Below, one piece after another: positions 10,037 to 20,136 of a stretch of DNA of 64,000 bases (the stretch's first letter is position 1; each line of letters opens with the position of its first letter). The notes beneath the pieces were generated by a model that worked only from the letters and a program-made list of their open reading frames with translations, made no database searches and was not told the DNA's origin. This stretch comes from Planctomycetia bacterium (lineage in GTDB: Bacteria; Planctomycetota; Planctomycetia; Pirellulales; JACPPG01), in NCBI GenBank assembly GCA_016191115.1, contig JACPPG010000035.1:2681-66680 (forward strand). The letters run 5' to 3'. The position numbers and the translations under genes are program-made.

Positions 10037-12001
10037 ATGGAATGGGGCATGCCGCCGTTCCCTCACTCATTTGTGAACACTGTGGTCAATAGCGTGCGAG
10101 TCCGCTTGACGAGCATTGCGATCGCCGTGATAGCCGTATCCTTGGCTGCCGCGGCACGCCTGGTCTTGAACGAGCTCGTGGGAGACGAGGTCCCTTTCCT
10201 GACATTCTTTCCCGCCGTTTTGGTGGCCGCCTTGTATGGCGGGAGACGGGGCGGGGTGTTGGCCACGGCGCTAGCGGCGCTCGTGGCCATGGGCTTGTCT
10301 CGCGACTGGTCGCCAGGCGCACTGCGCACCGGCGACATCGTGCTGGTGGCCAGCTTCGTCGGCGTCAACTTGATTATCGTTTGGCTGGCCGATCGCTTCG
10401 CCCAGACGCGCAAGGAGGCGGATGCCTCATTAGCGGCCCGGGCACGGGCGGATTCACAGGTCGCCCAGGTCCTCGATACGATCACCGACGCCTTCGCCAC
10501 TTTTGATCGTCAATGGCGCTATGTCTACGTGAATGACTCGGCGATGAAGGTCTATGGGCTGCGGCGCGACGAGTTCCTTGGCCGGATTCTGTGGGAGCAG
10601 TTTCCGCATCTCGTCGGAACGGAATTCGAGCGGCGCGCGCGGCGGGCCATGGAGACAGGCCACCCGGATCGCTTCGAGTATTTTGCGCAACGCCTCGGCC
10701 GTTGGTTTGATTATCGGTTGTACCCATCGCCCGGCGGTCTCTCGCTGTACGCGACGGACATTCACGAACGGAAACGAGCGGCTGAGGAGTTGCAGGCCCT
10801 GCTCGCCCGTGAGCGCGCCGCCCGCAGCGATGCCGAGCACGCGGGACGGCTGAAGGACGAATTCCTGGCGACGCTCTCTCATGAGCTGCGCACGCCGCTC
10901 AACGCCATCCTGGGATGGGCCTCCTTCATTCGCATGAGCGAGATGAAGGAAGACGAGCTGGCCGACGCCATGGCAACCATCGAGCGGAATGCGCGCGTCC
11001 AGGCACAACTGATCGACGATCTATTGGACATGAACCAAATCCTTTCCGGTAAATTGCACCTCGACGTGCAGGAAGTCGACCTGCCGTTGGTCGTCCAGGC
11101 GGCGCTCGAGACGTTGCGGCCGGCGGCCGATGCGAAGCAGATCCGCATCCAGAAGGTGATCGACACACAGACGGGCCCCGTCCTGGGCGACCCCGCCCGC
11201 CTTCAACAGATCGTCTGGAATCTTCTCTCCAACGCCGTCAAGTTCACGCCCAAGGACGGCCGCGTGCGGATCGCCCTCAAGCGTGACGGCTCGGCGGTCG
11301 AAATCGTCGTCGCCGACACGGGCGAGGGAATAAAGCCGGAGTTTTTGCCGTACGTATTTGACCGATTTCGCCAATCCGACGCTTCGACCACCCGCAGGCA
11401 CGGCGGTTTGGGTCTCGGGTTATCGATCGTGCGGCACCTGGTAGAGCTGCAGGGAGGCACGGTCTCAGCCACGAGTGCCGGGGAGGGACAAGGGGCCACG
11501 TTTACCGTCCGATTCCCCCTCCTTGCCGTGCACTGGCATCGCATGGACCACAAGCACCATGCGACCGCGGTCGCGCCTTCGGCGCTCGACGGATTGCCGC
11601 TGGCGCCGCGGCTTGATGGCGTCAAAGTCCTCGTGGTCGACGACGAGCCCGACGCCTCGCAGCTTGTGAAGCGGGTCCTCGAGGAGCGCCATGCCACGGT
11701 CGAGACCGCGGGCTCGGCCGCCGAGGCGCTCGAGCGGATCGCGATCTTGCAGCCGGACGTCCTCATCAGCGACATCGGCATGCCCGATGCGGACGGCTAC
11801 GAGCTGATCCGGCGACTTCGGGCCCTGCCCGAAAGCGCACTCGCCGATGTTCCCGCGGTGGCATTGACGGCCTTTGCCAGGGCCGTGGACCGGGAGCGCT
11901 CGACGCAGGCAGGCTACCAGGTCCATCTCGCGAAGCCGGTCGAATCGACGGAACTGGTGGCGGTCGTTGCTAATCTCGCGGGCCGGACGGAATCGGCCTG
12001 A
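10037..12001 (+). CDS. Hybrid sensor histidine kinase/response regulator (DUF4118-like TM, PAS, HisKA, HATPase, REC)
   Basis: LSHELRTPL, NLLSNAVKFT, GGLGLGL and VLVVDD..DIGMP..HLAKP; GGAGG SD before ATG 10037. Confidence 0.92.
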   Translation: MEWGMPPFPHSFVNTVVNSVRVRLTSIAIAVIAVSLAAAARLVLNELVGDEVPFLTFFPAVLVAALYGGRRGGVLATALAALVAMGLSRDWSPGALRTGDIVLVASFVGVNLIIVWLADRFAQTRKEADASLAARARADSQVAQVLDTITDAFATFDRQWRYVYVNDSAMKVYGLRRDEFLGRILWEQFPHLVGTEFERRARRAMETGHPDRFEYFAQRLGRWFDYRLYPSPGGLSLYATDIHERKRAAEELQALLARERAARSDAEHAGRLKDEFLATLSHELRTPLNAILGWASFIRMSEMKEDELADAMATIERNARVQAQLIDDLLDMNQILSGKLHLDVQEVDLPLVVQAALETLRPAADAKQIRIQKVIDTQTGPVLGDPARLQQIVWNLLSNAVKFTPKDGRVRIALKRDGSAVEIVVADTGEGIKPEFLPYVFDRFRQSDASTTRRHGGLGLGLSIVRHLVELQGGTVSATSAGEGQGATFTVRFPLLAVHWHRMDHKHHATAVAPSALDGLPLAPRLDGVKVLVVDDEPDASQLVKRVLEERHATVETAGSAAEALERIAILQPDVLISDIGMPDADGYELIRRLRALPESALADVPAVALTAFARAVDRERSTQAGYQVHLAKPVESTELVAVVANLAGRTESA

Positions 12002-12013
12002 GGCATTAGAGAA

Positions 12014-12049
12014 TGAGCCGCCGAGACGCGCCTGACTCTCGGCGGCTCA
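12014..12049. terminator. Hairpin between convergent genes
   Basis: 13-bp inverted repeat tgagccgccgaga / tctcggcggctca. Confidence 0.5.
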
Positions 12050-12136
12050 ACCGCCGCCTCACGATTTGATCGTCGTGATGCGACCGATACCCACCGGCCA
12101 CGTCGGCCGTGTGCGGCGCGGATCGGCCGGCACGCC

Positions 12137-12652
12137 TCAATCGCGCGCGATACATGAGCGGGCATATTTGCCCCAGGCACTAGCCGCGTCGAGCCGCGCA
12201 TACTGGCGCCACCAGGGCTGGGCCTCGTCCGACAAACCTTGGTCCTGAAGGCAATCGGCCAGGTTGTAAATGGCATCCGCGAACCATGGCGCCAGACTGT
12301 TGGCTCGCTTGAATGCCCAGCTTGCGTCGTCAAGCTGGCCAAGATCGGCGAGCACGACGCCCAGGTTGTTCCACGCCTCATGGAAAGACGGCTCGCTGCG
12401 CACTGCCTCGCGCAACAGGTCAATGGCCTCGGCCTTGCGCCGCAGCCGATAGAGCACGTTCGCCAGGTTGAAGCAGACGCTCGCCGTGGTCCGCCCATTG
12501 ACCAGTGCGCGGCGGTAGGCCGCCTGCGCCTCGTGCAGACGCCCGGCGTCCTCGTGCTCGCACCCGCGCTCGAACCAGGCCTCCGCGGCCAGAGGATCGC
12601 CCGGGCGCGGCCGGCGAGTCCTGCCGATCAAGATCCGTCCCATCCGTCCCAT
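12137..12652 (-). CDS. Tetratricopeptide repeat protein
   Basis: TPR motifs FNLANVLY, AWNNLGVVLAD and AIYNLADCL; directly downstream of ku. Confidence 0.8.
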   Translation of the reverse strand: MGRMGRILIGRTRRPRPGDPLAAEAWFERGCEHEDAGRLHEAQAAYRRALVNGRTTASVCFNLANVLYRLRRKAEAIDLLREAVRSEPSFHEAWNNLGVVLADLGQLDDASWAFKRANSLAPWFADAIYNLADCLQDQGLSDEAQPWWRQYARLDAASAWGKYARSCIARD

Positions 12653-12671
12653 CCTTGTTGTCGCTAAGTGC

Positions 12672-13535
12672 TTATGACGACTTCCGGGTTTTGGCCGCCG
12701 TCTTGGGCCGTTGGCTGGCCGCCAGTTTCTTGGGCGGCTTGGCGGCACGCGCGGGCTCGCCGCTGGCGCGGGCCACGCTCTTCTTCAAGGCGTCCATCAG
12801 ATTGACGATGGCCGGCTGCTCCTCGGCCGGCGGGGCGACGAGCTCGTGCCCGGCGACCTTGGCCTCGATCAGCGCCCGCAGCTTGTGCGTGTAGGTGTCC
12901 TCGTACTTGGAAAAATCGAACTTCTTGGCGGTCGAAGCCTTGATGAGCGTCTCGGCCAACTTCAATTCCTCGGCCGTGACCTTGGCGTCGCCAACTTCGA
13001 GCTGCTCGGGTTGCCGCATTTCGTCGGCGTAGCTCAGCATGCACATCGCCAAGAACTCGCCATGCGGCCGGATCAGAACGAGCTGCTCGCGGCTGAACAT
13101 GACGCCTTGGCCTATCGCATATTTGTTCTGCCGTTTCATCGCCTCGTTCAGCACGCCGTACGGCTTGATGCCGGCGATGCCGTCCGGGACCAGGTAGTAG
13201 CTGCGACCGTCCAGATACAAATCGTCGATCGCTTCGGGCGAGACGAAAGTGTCGAGGTTGACGGCTTTTTCGGCCTCGGTCCGCATGGCGTCCAGCTCGC
13301 CCGGCTCGATGACGACGTACTGGTCCTTGGCGTACTCGTAGCCGGAGACGATTTCCTCGTTGCTCACCTCGCCGTGCACGGGGCAGACCTTGACGTAACG
13401 AATGCGGCTGTGATCCTTGTCGTGCAACTGGTTCAGCGTGATCTTACCACGGCCACTCTCGCGGACGTTGAAGGCCTGGACAGGAACGGTGACCAGACTG
13501 AGCCTGAGGACGCCCTTCCAGCTATAACGTGCCAT
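12672..13535 (-). CDS. ku: Non-homologous end-joining protein Ku
   Basis: SWKGVLRLSLVTVPV, RIRYVKVCP..EIVSGYEY, YEDTY and VNLMDALKKS; basic C-terminal tail. Confidence 0.93.
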   Translation of the reverse strand: MARYSWKGVLRLSLVTVPVQAFNVRESGRGKITLNQLHDKDHSRIRYVKVCPVHGEVSNEEIVSGYEYAKDQYVVIEPGELDAMRTEAEKAVNLDTFVSPEAIDDLYLDGRSYYLVPDGIAGIKPYGVLNEAMKRQNKYAIGQGVMFSREQLVLIRPHGEFLAMCMLSYADEMRQPEQLEVGDAKVTAEELKLAETLIKASTAKKFDFSKYEDTYTHKLRALIEAKVAGHELVAPPAEEQPAIVNLMDALKKSVARASGEPARAAKPPKKLAASQRPKTAAKTRKSS

Positions 13536-13747
13536 CGATCGCAACCCGTATGCAGTTAAAGGAGACTTTCGCGCGGCTCCTTCCCACGGATTCGGTCCCT
13601 CGTGCCCTCAGCTAGCATAGCATTGCTAGCATGATTTGCAGCGGGGGAAAATTGGCCACCCGGACCTTAAGAGGCCACGCCGTTTCGCGGGCGCGATTGC
13701 GGGCCGATCGAAGCCCCGTGCGATTCTTTCGGCCCCCAAAGACTTCT

Positions 13748-14545
13748 TCAAGCCGCACCGTCGATCGGCTTGCGGCACACGATGTACAGGCGGCCAGAAT
13801 GCGGCAACCGGGCGAACGCATCGAAGGATTCGGCGAGTCGGCCTTCGCAGACCTGCGCCTCCGACCCGATGGCCGCCAGCTCGAACCCGGCGTTGGTAAA
13901 CAGCTCCACCGCTTCCGGTTCGCGGAACCAGTAGACGTACGGTCCGCGGTCCCAAAGCGCGCTCCAGTTCGGAGCGTTTTGCAGCCGCAACCACGGCTGA
14001 TACTGAAGACTCAGCCGTCGGAACGTCAGCTTCCGCAACAAGTACTGGTAAGCGAGCAACGCCTTGAACGCGAGAGACCGCGTTCGGCCGCGCAAGCCTA
14101 AGAGCGTGACAATCAAGACTCCGCCTGGGCGAAGAACCCGGTACGCCTCGCGAGCGGCCCGCTGTCGGTCTGCCTCTTCGGGGAGAAAGCACAACACCTG
14201 CTGCAAGTACATGAGTTGATCGAAGCTGTCGTCCCCGTAGTCCAACGACCGGGCGTCCTGGACGCGAAATGAAATCCGGCCTGCGGTGTCGCGCCGCGAT
14301 GCCGCCTCGACGAACTGGGGGAGATAGTCAAAACCGTGCAGATCGGTGTAGCCGCGCGCCTGCATGGCCAACAGCAGCCGGCCGCCGCCGCAGCCGGCTT
14401 CGAGCGTCTTGAGGTCCGGCCTCAGGTAGTTCTCGATAAGGAACTGCTCGCCGGGCTCAAATCCTTCCCGATCGGACCATAGTCCAAACTCGGACTTGAG
14501 AAACACGTCTTTGTTGTCATGCAGAGTTTCGGCAGGGGGGTGCAT
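13748..14545 (-). CDS. Class I SAM-dependent methyltransferase
   Basis: LEAGCGGGR motif I, QDARSLDYGDDSFD, RVLRPGG. The ORF-track 5' extension runs through a MITE. Confidence 0.85.
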   Translation of the reverse strand: MHPPAETLHDNKDVFLKSEFGLWSDREGFEPGEQFLIENYLRPDLKTLEAGCGGGRLLLAMQARGYTDLHGFDYLPQFVEAASRRDTAGRISFRVQDARSLDYGDDSFDQLMYLQQVLCFLPEEADRQRAAREAYRVLRPGGVLIVTLLGLRGRTRSLAFKALLAYQYLLRKLTFRRLSLQYQPWLRLQNAPNWSALWDRGPYVYWFREPEAVELFTNAGFELAAIGSEAQVCEGRLAESFDAFARLPHSGRLYIVCRKPIDGAA

Positions 14546-14599
14546 CGTCGTCTTTTCAGTCAAGGTCCTTCCTCGCAGGTTGGCACGCCAAGAAACCCT

Positions 14600-14723
14600 C
14601 AGGAGAACTGCGAAGTCCTTGGAGAGGGGGTCAGGCACATTTTTCGGCCGAAGGTCCTTCGGAAGAATTGAAAACCGCGTGCGCCGAAAAATGAGCCACA
14701 CCCCGGACTTTGCAGTTCTCCTG
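14600..14723. mobile_element. MITE family B, copy 1 (124 bp)
   Basis: TIR CAGGAGAACTGC / GCAGTTCTCCTG; 10-bp direct repeat aagaaaccct at 14590-14599 and 14724-14733; homologous to 17881-18002. Confidence 0.9.
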
Positions 14724-14815
14724 AAGAAACCCTTGAGAGCGTCGTACCCCACCCGAATTGTAACTACAATCGATGTGCCTTTGGAACGGCTCTACGCCAT
14801 TCGAGGTGATCTGGT

Positions 14816-16243
14816 ATGAAATCCCGGCAACGAGCGACGGCGGCCATCATCAGGTGCCTGCTGCTGGCCATCTCAATACTTGTGCCGGACGTGCCGCAAG
14901 CGCAGGCGGCCGCCGCGCCCAGACCCAACGTCGTCTTCCTGTTGGCCGACGACCTGGGCTCGCACGACGTCGGCTGGCGGGGGAGCGACATCAAGACGCC
15001 CAACCTCGACCGCCTTGCCCTGGCCGGCGCCCGGCTCGACCAGTTCTACGTGCAGCCGGTCTGCTCGCCGACGCGGGCCGCGCTTATGACGGGACGCTAT
15101 CCGTTCCGGCACGGTCTGCAAGTGAGCGTCGTCCGGCCATGGGCTCAATACGGTCTACCGCTCGAAGAGCGGACTCTGCCGCAGGCATTGGCCGAGGCGG
15201 GCTACGAGACGGCGATCGTCGGCAAGTGGCACCTGGGCCATTTCCGCCCGGAATATCTGCCGACGCGGCGCGGCTTCGCCCACCAGTACGGCCACTACAA
15301 CGGCGCGCTCGACTACTTCACCCACATTCGCGACGGCGGATTCGACTGGCACCGGGACGACCACGAATGTCGCGACGAGGGGTACGCGACGCATCTCTTG
15401 GCGAAGGAGGCCATGCGGGTGATTCGCGAGCGCGACAAGGCCCGCCCGCTCTTCCTGTACGTGCCGTTCAATGCCGTCCACTCCCCGCTTCAAGTGCCCC
15501 CGAGCTACGAGGAAGCGTACAAAGCCATCGCGCAAGAACGGCGGACCTACGCCGGCATGGTGGCGGCCATGGATGAGGCGGTCGGGCAGATCAAGGCGGC
15601 CATCGATGAAGCCGGCATGAGCGACCAAACGTTGTTTGTCTTTTCGAGCGACAACGGCGGTCCCTCGCCCGGCACCCGAACGAGCAACGGTCCCTTGCGG
15701 GCCGGCAAGGGAACGCTGTACGAAGGGGGAGTCCGTGTCTGCGCCTTCGCGACATGGGAGGGTCGGATCAAGCCGGGCGCGGTGACCGCGCCCTTGCACA
15801 TGGTGGACTGGTACCCCACGCTCTTGGGTCTGGCCGGCGCGTCGCCAGAGCAAAAACTGCCGATCGACGGTCGCGATTTGTGGCCCGTCCTTACCGGCAG
15901 TGGCGGACCGCCTCACGATGAAATCCTGCTCAACAGCACGCCCCGACAGGGCGCCATCCGCGTGGCGGATTGGAAGCTGGTCATCAACGGCCATGTTCCG
16001 AACGCCGATGGAGACGAAGGGGGCGCCGACTCGCGGAAGGACGCCGGCAGCGAGCGGGTCGCGCTATTCGACCTTGCCGCGGACCCCGGCGAGAAGCAGG
16101 ATCGCGCCGCCGAAAAACCGCGGCTGGCAGCACAACTGCGGGCCCGCTACGACTTCTACGCCGCGCAGGCCGTTCCCCCAAAGTCCCACGCCAAGCCACG
16201 CGGCTTTAAGAGCCCCAAAGTGTGGGGCGAGGCGGACGAGTAA
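14816..16243 (+). CDS. Arylsulfatase (formylglycine-dependent, Cys-type)
   Basis: PNVVFLLADDLG, CSPTRAALMTGRY, GKWHLG, SDNG and GKGTLYEGGVRV; signal peptide. Confidence 0.95.
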   Translation: MKSRQRATAAIIRCLLLAISILVPDVPQAQAAAAPRPNVVFLLADDLGSHDVGWRGSDIKTPNLDRLALAGARLDQFYVQPVCSPTRAALMTGRYPFRHGLQVSVVRPWAQYGLPLEERTLPQALAEAGYETAIVGKWHLGHFRPEYLPTRRGFAHQYGHYNGALDYFTHIRDGGFDWHRDDHECRDEGYATHLLAKEAMRVIRERDKARPLFLYVPFNAVHSPLQVPPSYEEAYKAIAQERRTYAGMVAAMDEAVGQIKAAIDEAGMSDQTLFVFSSDNGGPSPGTRTSNGPLRAGKGTLYEGGVRVCAFATWEGRIKPGAVTAPLHMVDWYPTLLGLAGASPEQKLPIDGRDLWPVLTGSGGPPHDEILLNSTPRQGAIRVADWKLVINGHVPNADGDEGGADSRKDAGSERVALFDLAADPGEKQDRAAEKPRLAAQLRARYDFYAAQAVPPKSHAKPRGFKSPKVWGEADE

Positions 16244-16265
16244 GCATCAGCGCGCCTTAACGTTC

Positions 16266-18038
16266 TCAGCGCCGCCTGCCGCCTCGCGGCACCATCCACG
16301 CCAGGCTAGCCGCTAGCGCGAGGATCCCTGCCGGCGGCTCGGGCACCGGGATTGCGGCGCCGCTGCCCGCGCCACCTCCGGCCGTCCAGTTGGCGGCGAT
16401 TGTCTGGACGTCAGAAATATCCACCACACCGTCGCCGTTGGCGTCGGCCACCGCGTCGGTCGAGAGCCAGTGGGCCGCGACCATCTGCACGTCGGAGATA
16501 TCCACGTCGGCGTCCAGGTTCAAATCGCCCGGCAGGGCCGCGACAGTCAGATCCACTCTCAGCGATGTAGTGACGCCGCCGAAGGTGTCGTCCACGCGGA
16601 CCGCCACGCGATAGGTGCTCGTGACGCCGATCCCCAGGTTGTGCAGTTGCGTCCAGGAAACGAGCGGTTGCACGCCGGTGGCGTCGCCGAAGACGCCGTC
16701 GCCGTTGATGTCCCAGGAATACTGCAACAAGGGCTGGTCGCCCACGTTTGGGTCCGTCGATGCCGATCCATTGAGCACTACCGCGTTGTGCGCCGTAATC
16801 GCGTAAGCCGCCCCGGCATTGGCAATCGGCGCCTGCTGCGGGTCCAAGCCGGTGAGCGTGACCATTTGCTTCGACGTATACGGCGTCACGCCCGTCTCGC
16901 CATATCCGGTGCGGATGGCGTCGATGAACCGATCGGCCAATAGCGCCGCGCCGATCGGCGCCGGATGAACGCCGTCGGGAAGCGTCAGGTCGTTCCAGCC
17001 CGTCAGGTTGACCGACTTGTCGGGGTTGATGGCGCTGGTGGGGGCGGCGTGGGCCTGGATCGGAATGCCGTGGACGATGGTGTTGCCGGCCGCCGCCTGT
17101 TCCCACCAATCGAACAAGCTCACCACCGGCATCGGCGTCGGAAAGAGCGTCTGGGCGAGCGCGTCGACCCGGGCGTTCCAGGCGATGACGTTGTCGCGAA
17201 TGTTGGCCCGCTGGGTCGGCGTGAACGAGGCGCCGGCCGAGGCCAAGGCCGCGCCCACGTCGAACAAGTCGCCGAGCACCATCTTCACCGGCGCGGCGCC
17301 GTTGTTGGTGGCGGTCAAAAGGCCCGTTCGCAAGTTGTCGCGCATGGCGTCCAGCCGGGCGGCGTTGCCGGGATCGGTCGAAGGCGCGTCGCGGAAGTAG
17401 GTGAAAACATTGATGCCGGCCAGAAGATCGTTCCCGCCCAGGATGAGCGCGCCGTATTGCACGGTGCCGGCCTGGGCCATCGTGCGGAAGTTCGTCGGCG
17501 CGCCGGGCGGCACGGGCGGGTTCTGCGTGTAGCTGCTGGAGAAGAACGTGTTGAAGGCGCCCAAGCCGTTGGCCTCGGTCGAGGCCCCGCCGCGGGCAAA
17601 GTTCCAACTGAAGCTGCTGCGATCGACGCCGGCGCGGCGGACCTCGGCGGTGCCGCTGACCAGCGTGAAGGCGGTGTACGTGCCGAAATCGAGCTTGCCG
17701 GTTCCCTCGGCAAACTCGACCCAGTTGCGGATGCCGGTCGTGGAATAGCCGAACGTCCCGCCGGTGGGATCGAGATTGCTCCACTCGTCTGTGATGCTGT
17801 CGCCCATCGCGCCGACTTTGACCTGCGCGTGGGCAAGACCGACCGCCACGACGACGAGCACCAGCGCGGCCGTACACCGGCAGGACAACTGCCAAGTCCT
17901 GGGAGAGGGGGTCAGGCACATTTTTCGGGGAACGTCTTGGGAAGAATTGAAAACCGTTTGCGCCGAAAAATGAGCCAGACCCCGGAGTTTGCAGTTCTCC
18001 TGCGTACACCGGGGAGCGGAAACCAGTGAGGCTCTCAC
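16266..18038 (-). CDS. SGNH/GDSL hydrolase with PKD-like module, dockerin-like repeats and PEP-CTERM anchor; contains an in-frame MITE
   Basis: MGDSIT, NFARGGA, GGND and DGVHP blocks; PIANAG..YSWDINGDG; GDLNLDADVDISD; VPEP + TM + RRR. GTG start overlaps the upstream TGA. Confidence 0.88.
   Translation of the reverse strand: MRASLVSAPRCTQENCKLRGLAHFSAQTVFNSSQDVPRKMCLTPSPRTWQLSCRCTAALVLVVVAVGLAHAQVKVGAMGDSITDEWSNLDPTGGTFGYSTTGIRNWVEFAEGTGKLDFGTYTAFTLVSGTAEVRRAGVDRSSFSWNFARGGASTEANGLGAFNTFFSSSYTQNPPVPPGAPTNFRTMAQAGTVQYGALILGGNDLLAGINVFTYFRDAPSTDPGNAARLDAMRDNLRTGLLTATNNGAAPVKMVLGDLFDVGAALASAGASFTPTQRANIRDNVIAWNARVDALAQTLFPTPMPVVSLFDWWEQAAAGNTIVHGIPIQAHAAPTSAINPDKSVNLTGWNDLTLPDGVHPAPIGAALLADRFIDAIRTGYGETGVTPYTSKQMVTLTGLDPQQAPIANAGAAYAITAHNAVVLNGSASTDPNVGDQPLLQYSWDINGDGVFGDATGVQPLVSWTQLHNLGIGVTSTYRVAVRVDDTFGGVTTSLRVDLTVAALPGDLNLDADVDISDVQMVAAHWLSTDAVADANGDGVVDISDVQTIAANWTAGGGAGSGAAIPVPEPPAGILALAASLAWMVPRGGRRR
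17881..18002. mobile_element. MITE family B, copy 2 (122 bp), inside a CDS
   Basis: TIR caggacaactgc / gcagttctcctg; 10-bp direct repeat cgtacaccgg at 17871-17880 and 18003-18012. Confidence 0.92.
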
Positions 18039-18703
18039 AGGGTGGCGGGCTCCTCGGCGTCGAAATGCACTTTCAGGTGGGGTAGCGCATGCCGGAGCGC
18101 GTCGGCGCCCGCCTGCGTGACGCCCGTGCCATTGACGATCAGGTCGCGAAGGCCGGCCAGCTTTTCCAGGTGCGCAAGCCCTGCGTCGGTCACAGCGGTG
18201 TGCGCGAGCGCGAGCTTTTCGAGCTGCGCTAGGCCGGCGAGATGGGCCAGTCCGGCGTCGGTGATGCGGTTGCGCCCGATGTCCAGGACGCGCAGCTCGC
18301 CGAGGCCCGCCAGGGCTGCCAGTCCCTCATCCTCGACTTGTGTGGTGTTGAGGTTCAGTTCCTTAAGATGGGAGAGTTTTGCGACGGCCTCCATACCGGC
18401 GTCTGTGGCGCGAGAGTTGTTAAGTTGCAACGCCGCGAGGCGGGGCAGCGCGGCCAGCGAGGCGACGCCTGTTCCGGTTACGCGGGTAAAGCCCAACTCC
18501 AACCGCTCGAGATTGGCAAGCCCCTTCAAGGCGGCGAGATCGGCGTCGGTAACCCGCGTCCGCTCCAGGTGTACGACCGTGATTTCGTAGCCGCCGTACA
18601 GATCGCGGATCTTGGCCAGAGCGGGGTCGTCGCTTTTCGAACGATAGCAACTGACGGCCAGGCCCAGCGCCAGAATGAGCACGACTAGCGGGATGTTTCT
18701 CAT
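18035..18703 (-). CDS. Leucine-rich repeat lipoprotein
   Basis: 24-aa LRRs (TDAGLAHLAGLAQLEKLAL); lipobox LAVSC. Confidence 0.88.
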   Translation of the reverse strand: MRNIPLVVLILALGLAVSCYRSKSDDPALAKIRDLYGGYEITVVHLERTRVTDADLAALKGLANLERLELGFTRVTGTGVASLAALPRLAALQLNNSRATDAGMEAVAKLSHLKELNLNTTQVEDEGLAALAGLGELRVLDIGRNRITDAGLAHLAGLAQLEKLALAHTAVTDAGLAHLEKLAGLRDLIVNGTGVTQAGADALRHALPHLKVHFDAEEPATL

Positions 18704-18770
18704 CGTTTTTTTTCCGGTGGGCGGCAAACCCTGCTTCGTTCCTCGGCGCGAAATCCCACGCGAACTGGGC

Positions 18771-19922
18771 TCAGAACGGGTTGGCAGTGGGCAGGCCATC
18801 CTTGCGATTGCCGAGGGACTTAAAGACGTCTTTGTCAATCTGATAGCTGATCGACGGAACTGAGCCATCGCACATGGCGACGTTCAGGCCGCTGCCATGC
18901 GCACTCCCAAACCAACGGTCCGTATGCTCGACGTTCGTCGGATTGGGGTCAACGACGACGTAATCCTGCTTCGGCACGGCGTCCGTCGCGCGGTATGCAT
19001 CCGATTGAAAACCGGAGTACGTGTTCTGGTCTTCACCGACCGCCGCGCCCAATTCGTAAGAATTGCTGCGGAGGAATTTTTCGCCGAGCATTATGGTGTT
19101 CGTCGTGCCATCGGGGATGTCCGCGAAGCGAATCTCGCTGCGTACGAAGCAGATCCCCGTAGAGTTCAGCACCGGGCCGGGCCACTTTTGCCCCCAGTTC
19201 ATGCCGTCTCCCTGCCCAAGGGTGATTGGACCATTGACGCCAAAAAGGTTGTTGTCGAGGTCGCCCGCGTTGGCCGCATAGTCGATCTTGGCGGATTGCG
19301 GTGGCCAGCACAGCTTGGTTAGTGGATCGTCTCCGTCCGCGCATTTGGAGATGAATTCGTTGTTGTACACCGAGTAGTGGGGATAAAGTCGCGCCTCGCG
19401 CCGCGTGGGACAATGAAACATCGGGATCGGTGTCATCACAAGTTCAATGATCGCTCTTTTCTTGTCGTCGCCGCTCGCACTCTGTCCACGCTGGAATAGC
19501 GCCGACTGCTCGACGAAGGGCAAGACGTTGAAGGCCCAGCTCCCCGGCTGTCCCTTGCCAAGCCCGCGCGTCGGGTCGGCGGTCCACGCGATTCCCCAGC
19601 CGCCGGACGGAAAGAAGCCGAACGTGCTCTCGGCGTTTAGGAACCCCAGGGCCATCTGTTTCATGTTGTTCTTGCACTGGCTCCGCCGCGCCGCCTCGCG
19701 CGCCGCCTGCACCGCCGGCAACAAGAGGCCGATCAGAATGCCGATAATGGCGATCACCACCAACAGCTCCACCAGCGTGAAACCGCGGCGGCCGGCAGGA
19801 AGCCGCCGCAGGGCTATCCTGCCGGCGCCGCGACAACGGGAGCGTCGGAAGAAGGGGGGTAGGGGTTGGGCATTGGGGGTTAGGATCGTAATCGCACTGG
19901 CAAGCTGCACGATATCAGGCAT
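18771..19922 (-). CDS. DUF1559 prepilin-like protein (H-X9-DG C-terminus)
   Basis: GFTLVELLVVIAIIGILIGLLLPAVQAAREAARRSQC, DGTTNTIMLGEK and SAHGSGLNVAMCDGSV; start approximate. Confidence 0.93.
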   Translation of the reverse strand: MPDIVQLASAITILTPNAQPLPPFFRRSRCRGAGRIALRRLPAGRRGFTLVELLVVIAIIGILIGLLLPAVQAAREAARRSQCKNNMKQMALGFLNAESTFGFFPSGGWGIAWTADPTRGLGKGQPGSWAFNVLPFVEQSALFQRGQSASGDDKKRAIIELVMTPIPMFHCPTRREARLYPHYSVYNNEFISKCADGDDPLTKLCWPPQSAKIDYAANAGDLDNNLFGVNGPITLGQGDGMNWGQKWPGPVLNSTGICFVRSEIRFADIPDGTTNTIMLGEKFLRSNSYELGAAVGEDQNTYSGFQSDAYRATDAVPKQDYVVVDPNPTNVEHTDRWFGSAHGSGLNVAMCDGSVPSISYQIDKDVFKSLGNRKDGLPTANPF

Positions 19923-20136
19923 GACTTCTCCGCCTCTGGCCATTAAATCCTTGTTGTCCTGCCGTCTCGTCGAAGACCGCCGGGGTAAACCCGGCGGCTC
20001 GCCGGCCGGCACGCGCCTCGCGGGCTGACTCGCCCGCACGCAGCCAGCCTCTCGGTGAGTATTCGCGTTCCCACCGAGAGGCTTCGGCTGGTGGTGCTGG
20101 TCCGTCGATCTCGGGTACTCCTTACCGAACTGTTTG

